Assembly: GCA_963770835.1 (NCBI GenBank)
Contig: CAVYRH010000020.1
Location: 23,213-87,212, forward strand
DNA from: an uncultured Pseudomonadota bacterium
GTDB taxonomy: Bacteria; Oederibacteriota; Muellerivitia; Muellerivitales; Muellerivitaceae
Length of the DNA stretch: 64,000 nucleotides
Reading direction: 5' to 3'
The number at the start of each line of letters is the position of its first letter. The first letter of the stretch is position 1. The notes under the pieces are model-generated. The model made no database searches and had not been told where the DNA came from. It worked only from the letters and a program-made list of their open reading frames with translations. Shown here in pieces: positions 9,742-17,984 of the stretch. A program made the translations under genes and the position numbers.

Positions 9742-10224
9742 TCACCACTCGTCCATCGCGGAGCGTTGGGGAAAAATGCGTTGCTCCTCCAAGTACTGCG
9801 ATCTGCGTTCGAGGGCATCTTCCACGTCCCTTCTTAAATCGGTAAGTTTGAAGGGTTTGGCCAAGTAATGGATCGCCCCTTTTCGGAGGGCTTCGATACC
9901 CACCGCCAAGGAACCGTAGGCAGTCATCAGGATCACGAACATTTTCTTATCCCTGACCTTCAAGTATTGAAGCAGTTCCAATCCCGTCATTTCGGGCATT
10001 CGCATATCCACGATAGCCAGGTCGTAAGAATGTTTACGCTGGAAAGCGATGGCCTGGGTGGCACTAGCCGCCGCGTCGACACGGTAACCGGCTTGGGTGA
10101 GGGTTTTTTGGATCATCTTGGCGAAATCAACCTCGTCATCTACAACTAATAAGTGGGCTTTGCCATATCCGGATTTCTTCGGTTTTTTTGTGACGAGGGA
10201 TTTCTTCCGGGCGGTCTTTTTCAT
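9742..10224 (-). CDS. Response regulator (single receiver domain)
   Basis: VVDDE, DMRMP (phospho-Asp), MTAYG, KPF; overlaps the kinase stop codon. Confidence 0.92.
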   Translation of the reverse strand: MKKTARKKSLVTKKPKKSGYGKAHLLVVDDEVDFAKMIQKTLTQAGYRVDAAASATQAIAFQRKHSYDLAIVDMRMPEMTGLELLQYLKVRDKKMFVILMTAYGSLAVGIEALRKGAIHYLAKPFKLTDLRRDVEDALERRSQYLEEQRIFPQRSAMDEW

Positions 10225-11660
10225 TACTCAGGTTCCTTCACGGCGATACTTTCCTTTTCATTATAGTAAAATTCCTCCGATTTGTTGGCCTCTTCACGCG
10301 CAGGCAGGTCAGTGGGGAATAAAAGCGTGAACACCGTCCCTTCCTTTACCCGACTTTCCACTTTAATGGCCCCATGGTGTTCTTCCACAATGCGTTTCAC
10401 GATGGCCAATCCCAGGCCGGTTCCCTTGCCGAAACCCTTTGTGGAATAAAAGGGCTCGAAAATTCTTTTGAGTTCCGCGGACGGAATGCCTTTTCCCGTG
10501 TCCCGGACTACTACCCTGATTTCTCCCCGTTTGTCCTCAGCGCTCAACCGCATGGTTCGGTATTGAAAATGGGCCGATAGGGTGATCAATCCTCCCGCGG
10601 AAATGGAATCCACGGCATTCTCAACCAGGTTGAGGAGGGCTTGGAAAAGCCCCTCGGGATAGGCCGCAATCGGTGGAATTTGGGGGTCAACGTCCAGGAT
10701 CAGTTTTCCGCCGACTCTCCGGAGCTTGGGCTGTACCGCCGCCACGACCGCCCTGATCACCTCCGGGAGTGAAGTCGGCTGGATTTCAGAAAGGGTATGC
10801 CGGCTGTAATTGAGGATATCCCGCACGGTGTGAATGGCCCTTTGCACATATTGTTCGATTTGAGCCAGCCGCTTGTAGGCTTGGCTGCTTTTGCGGGTTT
10901 CAGCGATCAGCATTTCCAGGTTGCCTGAAATGAGGCCTAAGGGTGTATTAACTCCGTGGGCGACCCGGCCCGTCAATTCACCCATTTGAATCAGGTGGCG
11001 TTTCTGTTCCAGTTCCCGCTCCCTTCCCCGCAAGCGTTCTTCCCGGTTCCAGACCTGGCGCACAAGGGACCCGCAAAGACCGGCCGTCAGCAGAAAAAAG
11101 AAACTCCATCGGATCGCCTGTTCCAGGTAAATTTCCCGCCTTACCTCAGATGGGCTGGATTCCACGAGCACGAAAAACAGGTTGGAATCGCGGGGGGCGA
11201 AATCTGAAGGAATGTGGTACTGGTAGCAAAGCCAAACTGTGGAAAGGAACAGCGAAAGTTGGGCCAGGGCCGTAACCGCTGCCAAACGGGGGGAAAGCAC
11301 CAGGCAGGCGGCCATGATGATGCAAAGATAAAAAGGGATATAGGCACTCACCGGTCCGCCGGTGATGGAAATCCCCCAGCTGGCTAAAAGGCCGTCCATA
11401 AAAAATCCGATGAGGGTCAAAGGCCCAGCCAAACGCTCATCCCGGCTTAGAAAGTGCAACACAAGATTGTAAAGGCCGGCGGCGATAATAATGGCCCAGA
11501 CACCGGTAAAAAGCCGGTCGGGCATCTTCTTGTCCAATGCGACCACGAGGCAGGCGACAGCGAGAATACTTATCCACCGGGTAAAGATGATCCATTGGAA
11601 GGATTTTTGTTTTAACTCCAGGGAAGACATATCCCCCCTTTGGGCGGTTTTCGATCCCAC
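10224..11660 (-). CDS. Membrane sensor histidine kinase (PilS/NtrB-like)
   Basis: Multi-TM N-terminus; H-box VAHGVNTPL; NLVENA, DTGKG, FEPFYSTK, GTGLGL. Confidence 0.93.
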   Translation of the reverse strand: MGSKTAQRGDMSSLELKQKSFQWIIFTRWISILAVACLVVALDKKMPDRLFTGVWAIIIAAGLYNLVLHFLSRDERLAGPLTLIGFFMDGLLASWGISITGGPVSAYIPFYLCIIMAACLVLSPRLAAVTALAQLSLFLSTVWLCYQYHIPSDFAPRDSNLFFVLVESSPSEVRREIYLEQAIRWSFFFLLTAGLCGSLVRQVWNREERLRGRERELEQKRHLIQMGELTGRVAHGVNTPLGLISGNLEMLIAETRKSSQAYKRLAQIEQYVQRAIHTVRDILNYSRHTLSEIQPTSLPEVIRAVVAAVQPKLRRVGGKLILDVDPQIPPIAAYPEGLFQALLNLVENAVDSISAGGLITLSAHFQYRTMRLSAEDKRGEIRVVVRDTGKGIPSAELKRIFEPFYSTKGFGKGTGLGLAIVKRIVEEHHGAIKVESRVKEGTVFTLLFPTDLPAREEANKSEEFYYNEKESIAVKEPE

Positions 11661-11693
11661 ACTCTTAGACTTTAAGGGCTTCCCAAGTTTGTT

Positions 11694-12008
11694 TCAATGA
11701 AGGCTTTGGTCGATCCATCGGAGATAATCCGGGTTTCCACCGGCGATAGGCAGGGCGATGACTTCGCAAGTCGTATAAGGATGGTTCTTCTTCACCCACC
11801 GGACCAACTTGGAAAGCCGGTCCATCCGGGTTTTGATGATCAGCAATTCCTCCCGCGCGGTTTCGACTTTCCCCTTCCACCAGTAGCGGCTGCGGATTCC
11901 GGGCAGGCGGTTGACGCAGGCCGCCAGGCGGTTCCGCACCAACCCCTTGGATAATTTCTCGCTCACCGCCCGCCCGGGGGTGGTGACCATCACCACGAAT
12001 CGCTTCAC
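11694..12008 (-). CDS. cutA: Divalent-cation tolerance protein CutA
   Basis: LAACVN, SRYWWKG, HPYTTCEVIALPI. Confidence 0.93.
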   Translation of the reverse strand: MKRFVVMVTTPGRAVSEKLSKGLVRNRLAACVNRLPGIRSRYWWKGKVETAREELLIIKTRMDRLSKLVRWVKKNHPYTTCEVIALPIAGGNPDYLRWIDQSLH

Positions 12009-13285
12009 GGGATTTCCCCGGTTTTTTCGTCATCCGAGAGATCGTAGAGTTTTTCACCGCCGGCGGTTTGGACCACGCGCACTTGGGGCTGGGTGGCGGC
12101 CTCCGCCTCCCGGGAGCCGGGCAAGGCGTAGACCTTTGCGCCGTCGGCGACGTCCACTGCCTCGGCCAACCGGTTCTTGGAAAGAACTTCCAACCGCCGG
12201 GAGATGGAGATCGTATCAAGTCCCATGAAGGCCTGAAGGTCGGAATTGGAAGCCACGGCACGGCCCGACTTGGCAAGAAAGTAAAGGAGCTTCTTGCACA
12301 CCAGGTCCAGTTTCAAATGCTCATTGACGGCCTCAAACAGGTCCTGGAACTCCACCCGGCTTCCCTTGCGTTGGAAGCCGCGGTACATGCCTTCCGAAAG
12401 CACATAAAGGTACCGGCGGGGGTTGCCGGAGGCCATGGATAAGGCCAAGGTCAGGGCTTCGGGCTCTAAAAAGTCTTCCAGTTCTCCTTTGAATCCGGCC
12501 CGCTCTAGCCGGACGAGGAGAATTTGCTTGAGTTCGGCCTGCGTGAATTTTTCAACTAAGACCATATGTTTGAAAAGACCCAGGACCGTAGGTTCAGCGC
12601 CCTCTTTGACCACTTGGCTGACCTTGGAATAAAATTCCTCCTGAAGGGCCATGACGAATCCCACATTCGGCAGTTCAAGAAGGGACTTTAACTCCTCCAA
12701 TAGTTGAAGGGTCCTTTCGGATCGGGTCAGGTGTTGGACTCGGTCTCCCTTGATCTTCTCCAGGTCGTCCACGAAAACCAGGAGAGGTTTTTTCAGGCGG
12801 GACGTGATGGACCGGATGATGGAAAACACCGCGTTTTTGGTGAGCCCCTCGCTTTCCAGTCGACGGCTGATTTCCTTGAAATTCAACCCCGGCACAGGCG
12901 GGATGGTCACTAACATTTCCCGAAGCAATTCCGATAAAAAGTAAGAAGCGTCGTCCAGCGGAACCCCGATGCCGACACAGTGAAAATCCTTGGGGACGCG
13001 GTTTTTCAAAAGCTGAAGGAGGCTGCTTTTACCCACACCCGGCTCACCCGCCACGCCGATGTTGGAAACCGAGAATATGGCGGAGAGGAGCCGGTCAATA
13101 AGGGCGGAGCGGCTCACGAAATAGTCAAGGTTGTGGCGTTGGAGTGAGAGGGTGGTGAATGGGTCGGCTTTCAGGCCAAAATGGCGGTAAGCCGTGTCTA
13201 CTTTTTGTTTGGAATGGCTTCGGCGGACTTTTGATTTGATTTTCTTTTTCACGATAACCACCCAAAAACATTGGGGAACAAGCAA
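12005..13285 (-). CDS. AAA+/P-loop ATPase (ExeA-like N-terminus) with probable C-terminal winged helix; likely start GTG 13252
   Basis: HFGLKADPF; Walker A GEPGVGKS; Walker B VFVDDLE; SGNPRR. Confidence 0.8.
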   Translation of the reverse strand: MLVPQCFWVVIVKKKIKSKVRRSHSKQKVDTAYRHFGLKADPFTTLSLQRHNLDYFVSRSALIDRLLSAIFSVSNIGVAGEPGVGKSSLLQLLKNRVPKDFHCVGIGVPLDDASYFLSELLREMLVTIPPVPGLNFKEISRRLESEGLTKNAVFSIIRSITSRLKKPLLVFVDDLEKIKGDRVQHLTRSERTLQLLEELKSLLELPNVGFVMALQEEFYSKVSQVVKEGAEPTVLGLFKHMVLVEKFTQAELKQILLVRLERAGFKGELEDFLEPEALTLALSMASGNPRRYLYVLSEGMYRGFQRKGSRVEFQDLFEAVNEHLKLDLVCKKLLYFLAKSGRAVASNSDLQAFMGLDTISISRRLEVLSKNRLAEAVDVADGAKVYALPGSREAEAATQPQVRVVQTAGGEKLYDLSDDEKTGEIP

Positions 13286-13350
13286 TGAAAAGTTGAGAAC
13301 GCCTTCACCTCTTCACGCTTTTTCATTGTTCACTTTTCATTTTAAACTGT

Positions 13351-14397
13351 TTATCTTCCGATTCCCAGTTGTTCGCCAAGAACGGCGTAAGGGGTCTGCA
13401 TTTCGGTCTTACCTTTGATCTGCATGGGCGGAAGTGGGGATAGTTGAAAGTAATCCTTGGCCACTCGGGCCATTTCCTCGTTGACCAGGGTTTGGCCGTG
13501 CTTCGCCACACCGCAAAGCCGCGAAGCCATGTTGACGGTGTCGCCGATGAGGGTGAATTCCATCCGGTTGGAAGACCCCAGGTTGCCCATAATCGCTTCC
13601 CCCGCCGTGATGCCGATACCCATGCCGATTTTGACCTCCTGGCTATAGGCCACCTTGAAAGACTGGTTCAATAGTTCGAACCGGTCCTGCATCCGCATCG
13701 CGGTACGCAGGACCATCTTGGCGGCCTCGCCTTCGTTGCCGTAGGGGCGCCGGAAATAGGCGAAGATGGCATCACCGATATACTTGTTGATGTCCCCGCC
13801 GTTTTGGGTGATGACCTCCTCCATGGCCGCGAACATCTTATTGAGGACATCCACCGTTTCTTCCGGCTTCAATTGTTCGGTCATGTGCGTGAAGCCCCTT
13901 ACGTCGGAAAACAACACGTAGACTCGCCGCAGTTCTCCCCCGAGTTCGGATTTCAGGGCCTGTTTCGCGGCTTTCTCGGTCACCGAAGTGCCGACATATT
14001 TTTCCAGGGTCTGGTTTGACAATTTCGCTTTTTCCGACAGGGACTTATATTCGTTAGCGCAGGCTTGAATCAGCTTTTCCACGTTTGAAGCGGCGTTCCA
14101 GGGCATGGAGCCCTTGATTCGGATAAAGTTGAAAGGGATCATTTGATTTTTCGAAAACAGGTCCTGTAGCTCCAACGCCACGCGGTTACGGATGCGCCAG
14201 GAAAGGATGACCCACCATAGGAAGAGCAACAACGCCGCTCCCCCGGCGATGTACACGGCCGTCGCCGAATTTTCGGGGGAAAATTGGAAGGCCACCGCGC
14301 CTGCCCCCACGCTGAAGGCAAGCCATAGGACAAACATCCCTAACCCACGTTTGATTTTCAATTGAATGTCTTTTAAAACAGGAAAATGTTCGAGCAT
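13351..14397 (-). CDS. Class III adenylate cyclase, two N-terminal TM helices
   Basis: VLFSDVRGFT, KYIGDA, EFTLIGDTVNMASRL, IKGK. Confidence 0.92.
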   Translation of the reverse strand: MLEHFPVLKDIQLKIKRGLGMFVLWLAFSVGAGAVAFQFSPENSATAVYIAGGAALLLFLWWVILSWRIRNRVALELQDLFSKNQMIPFNFIRIKGSMPWNAASNVEKLIQACANEYKSLSEKAKLSNQTLEKYVGTSVTEKAAKQALKSELGGELRRVYVLFSDVRGFTHMTEQLKPEETVDVLNKMFAAMEEVITQNGGDINKYIGDAIFAYFRRPYGNEGEAAKMVLRTAMRMQDRFELLNQSFKVAYSQEVKIGMGIGITAGEAIMGNLGSSNRMEFTLIGDTVNMASRLCGVAKHGQTLVNEEMARVAKDYFQLSPLPPMQIKGKTEMQTPYAVLGEQLGIGR

Positions 14398-14962
14398 AAA
14401 TATTCCTCTTTTAAAGAGCTAAACGAACGAAGCTGGAGTAAGTTTATCGCAAAACGGGGGGCTTTGATACCTTCAAAGGCAAAACGAATGTTGAATTCTC
14501 AGTTTCAACGATGAATTGTTGAAGCTTTCCGCTTCGCGGAAAACGCAAATTTAAAATTTATAACTCTTGTCCGCAATACCGACACTTAATTGCTTCAGGC
14601 TTAATAAGTTCGGCGCACGATGGACACTTTTTCATTTCGCCTTTTTCCAAAACCAATTGTTCTGTTTTTGCTTTATTTGGTTTTATTAAAAATACAACCA
14701 ATGCACCAAAAAGCGGGCAAAATAAAATACTTATCCAAAACGCTCCCCAAAAACCATTGCCACGGTCTTCACTCCACTTCGCAACACGAAAGCACATCAC
14801 CAACCAAAGGGAACAAAATAATCCGACTACTGCACTCGAAAATAAAAATAGCCACATACTAAAATTATCACTTAATGGACTTACCAGAAATGTTGCCGTT
14901 AATACAATTCCAACAAAAAAACCAAATAACGCAAATTGAAATATTTTATTTTTTATCAAGCT

Positions 14963-16133
14963 GTAACCTCTGAAAAACTCCTTCGTCTAAATGCTGAAAT
15001 ATAATAGCAGCATTCCAGACGGAGGGATTCCATGCAAATCAGCTTCGGGATGTACGAGGACAAGAACCGGCGACTCAAAAAGACCATGCTAGAGGAAGTG
15101 GATAAGGTTCTGGACTTTCCGAAGATCGAGAAATTGCTGATGGAAATGTACCGGGGCAACACGGGGAGACCTCCCATCCCGCCTTTGATCTTGTTTAAAT
15201 GCCTTTTGCTGGAATCCTGGTACGGCCTGTCGGATGTGGAAGTAGTCCAAGAAATCCACGACCGGCGCAGTTTTGAGCGGTTCGTGGGTGAAGGGGTGCG
15301 AGAGTACCACGTCGACGACACCACTTTGGTGAAGTTTCGGGAAAGACTCCGGGAAGCCGGTTTGATAGACCGGGTTTGGGGGGCCGTGCAACAGGGTTTA
15401 GATCGCAAAGGACTTTTGGTCAAGAAAGGGGCCATTGTGGACTCCACCCTGGTGGAAGGAGCCTGTAAACCGGAATCCAAGGATCAAGAGGGAAAGCCGG
15501 TGGATGAAGATGTTCATTACACCTCCCGGCAAGGAAAAGCCGTGGATGGGATGAAGGTTCATGTGGGTCAGGACGAGAAAAGCGGCCTGATTCGAAAGAT
15601 GGATCTAAGTCATATTGAGGAACACGATCACGAACATTTCAAAGACATGGTTCCTCGCGGGGTAGAACAGGCATTTGCTGACAAGGCTTACCGGTCGGCG
15701 CAACACGATGAATATTTGGAGGAACGAGGGATTCGGAATCGAGTGTTACATCGTGTTTGGCGGGGACAGAAGCTGACCCAGAGGCAATTAAAGCAAAACA
15801 AGGTTTGGGGCCGTGTGAGGTGCGGGATCGAGGCGACAATGAGTACCTTGAAGCGGTGGTGTTCGATGGGACGAATGAGGTACTACGGGATGGCCCGAAA
15901 CAAGATTTGGGTGTTGATCTGTGGCATCGCATTTAATGGGAAAAGAGCCGTAAAGTTGGCGGCGGCCTGAGCTAAGGGGAGTTTTTTCAGAGGCAGATGA
16001 CGCAAGAAGGGTCGAAAAAGGAGTTCTAGGAGTAAGTGCAACACCTTTGGAGAAACAAAAACATCTCCAAGCGGGGTTGAAAACCCTGGTGAGAAGAGTT
16101 TCAAACCAAAACAGGGAGTTTTTCAGAGGTTAC
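14963..16133 (+). mobile_element. IS5-family insertion sequence (1171 bp)
   Basis: Perfect 19-bp TIRs GTAACCTCTGAAAAACTCC (14963-14981) and its reverse complement (16115-16133); 5-bp direct repeat AAGCT at 14958-14962 and 16134-16138. Confidence 0.92.
15032..15970 (+). CDS. IS5-family DDE transposase
   Basis: GRPPIPP...WYGLSD (DUF772-like), IVDST, GMKVHV, ADKAY, RCGIE. Confidence 0.93.
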   Translation: MQISFGMYEDKNRRLKKTMLEEVDKVLDFPKIEKLLMEMYRGNTGRPPIPPLILFKCLLLESWYGLSDVEVVQEIHDRRSFERFVGEGVREYHVDDTTLVKFRERLREAGLIDRVWGAVQQGLDRKGLLVKKGAIVDSTLVEGACKPESKDQEGKPVDEDVHYTSRQGKAVDGMKVHVGQDEKSGLIRKMDLSHIEEHDHEHFKDMVPRGVEQAFADKAYRSAQHDEYLEERGIRNRVLHRVWRGQKLTQRQLKQNKVWGRVRCGIEATMSTLKRWCSMGRMRYYGMARNKIWVLICGIAFNGKRAVKLAAA

Positions 16134-16468
16134 AAGCTTAATAAATATCCTATTCCAAAACCAATTAATGAACTAAGAGCAACAACTACCAAAAATAAAA
16201 CTATTTGCGTTAATACCGAATCAACATCAGCAATTTCATAAAACTTTTCGGGTAAATGTAATTCGCCACTCCACATCTTAAAAATAGCAAGCCAGCCAAA
16301 ATTCAAGGCTCCCAGAATTAACCCTAAGACAGCCCCATAAACCGCAAATCTATTTTTCATAAATTTCAGAAACGTCATTCCTCTTCTCCTTTTTCTTAGC
16401 TTCTCCTTTTTTCCTTAGAACGCGGAATATATTCTGTGTTCTATTTTGATTGTTTCAAAATTTATTTT

Positions 16469-17893
16469 TTAAACGTTGGTTAATTCCTTGCCCGCCAGTC
16501 TCAGCCGTTCAAGGCCTTCCGGAGAACGGGCCTCCATATAGCAACGCATGAGGGGTTCGGTGCCTGAAAAACGCACTGCCAGCCATTCACCGTTGGCCAG
16601 GATGAACTGGGTGCCGTCCTTGTGGGAAACTTCGGTGACCTTTTGGCCGGCGATATCAGTGGGCGGGTTATCCTTGAGCTTGGCGGTCATGACTTCCTTT
16701 AATCCGTCTTTCAATTTGAGGTTCAGGCGGTCGGAGTAGTAACCCCCATATTGCTGGTACAGCCCCTTCAATACGGCGGACAGGGTCTTGCCGGCTTGGG
16801 CCACCACTTCGGCCATTAAAAGGCAGGCGAGTACACCGTCCTTTTCCGGCACATGGCCATGGACTGTCAGGCCCCCGGATTCCTCGCCGCCGATGATGAT
16901 GGGTTCCTTGGCCATGATCTCGGCGATGTACTTGAACCCGACGGGCGTTTCTTTCAAGGGTACGTTATGGGCCTTGGCGATGGCGTCAATGAGGTGGGTG
17001 GTGGGTACAGTGCGCACCACGCAGCCCTTCCAATCGCGGGTGTTCAAAAGGTGGTCGAAAAGGATGGCGAGGACCTCGTTGGGGGTGATGTAGGTTCCAT
17101 CCGCGTCGATGATTCCGAAACGGTCGGCGTCCCCGTCGTTGGCCAACCCCATGTGAGCCGGCCAGGTTCGCACCAACTGGGAAGCTTCCTTTAGTTGCTG
17201 CACACCAGGTTCCGGATGTTGCCCACCGAAATAAGGGTCGCGATTGTTGTGCAGGACCTTTAGGTTGATCCCCGCCTCTTGAAGGAGGATATCCAGGTAA
17301 CCGGCTCCATTGCCGTGCATGAGGTCCACAACGATCTTCAATCGGGCCTTTTTGAGTATGTCGAACTGGACAATCTCCCGGATGCGCTTGAAATATTCCT
17401 CTTTGGGATCGATAGGGATGATAAGCCCCTTTTCCTCCGCCTGGGCATAGGGCATCTCAGGGATTTTGGAACCTTTTGAAGCGATACTCTCGGTGAGTGA
17501 TTCCAGGGACAGGGTAACTTGGACCGGCGCGGGCCCACCATCGGAGCCGTTGAATTTCAAGCCTTGGTATTGGGCCGGGTTATGGCTGGCTGTGAAATTG
17601 ATGGACCCAGCTGTTCCACGGCGGATGAGCTCGTACGAAACAGTGGGGGTAGGAGTCCCTACGGGGCACATATAGGAAACAATGCCGTGGCCCGCCAAAA
17701 CTTGGGCCGTGGCTTTCATGAATTCTTCAGATAGGAATCGATAATCCCCCGCCACCACCACGCCTTTGGAAGCCTCCCCTGTTTGCTGGAGGTGTTGGGC
17801 AATGGCCGCAACCGCAATCTTCACATTGGCGAAGGTGAAGTCTTCCGCCAAAATTGCTCGCCAACCCGAAGTGCCAAAGGTAATCTTAGCCAC
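16469..17893 (-). CDS. Phosphoglucomutase/phosphomannomutase
   Basis: FGTSGWR, TASHNP, DGDADR, GEESGG, RFSGTEP. Confidence 0.95.
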   Translation of the reverse strand: MAKITFGTSGWRAILAEDFTFANVKIAVAAIAQHLQQTGEASKGVVVAGDYRFLSEEFMKATAQVLAGHGIVSYMCPVGTPTPTVSYELIRRGTAGSINFTASHNPAQYQGLKFNGSDGGPAPVQVTLSLESLTESIASKGSKIPEMPYAQAEEKGLIIPIDPKEEYFKRIREIVQFDILKKARLKIVVDLMHGNGAGYLDILLQEAGINLKVLHNNRDPYFGGQHPEPGVQQLKEASQLVRTWPAHMGLANDGDADRFGIIDADGTYITPNEVLAILFDHLLNTRDWKGCVVRTVPTTHLIDAIAKAHNVPLKETPVGFKYIAEIMAKEPIIIGGEESGGLTVHGHVPEKDGVLACLLMAEVVAQAGKTLSAVLKGLYQQYGGYYSDRLNLKLKDGLKEVMTAKLKDNPPTDIAGQKVTEVSHKDGTQFILANGEWLAVRFSGTEPLMRCYMEARSPEGLERLRLAGKELTNV

Positions 17894-17984
17894 GGTTAAC
17901 GTCCTTTTAGGTCAAATGGGAAAAAACGATGAAAGTTTAGGGAAATTCTGGAACCTTCGCAACGCTTTTAGGGGGGTCGGAATC

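Larger units (their letters stand above)
14558..16378 (-). pseudogene. AT-rich multi-TM protein with C-terminal zinc ribbon (~214 aa), interrupted by an IS5-family element
   Basis: Removing the IS and one AAGCT copy joins ORF 16130-16378 (...GYLLSL) in frame to ORF 14558-14959 (IKNKIFQ...CPSC...CRYC). Confidence 0.85.
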
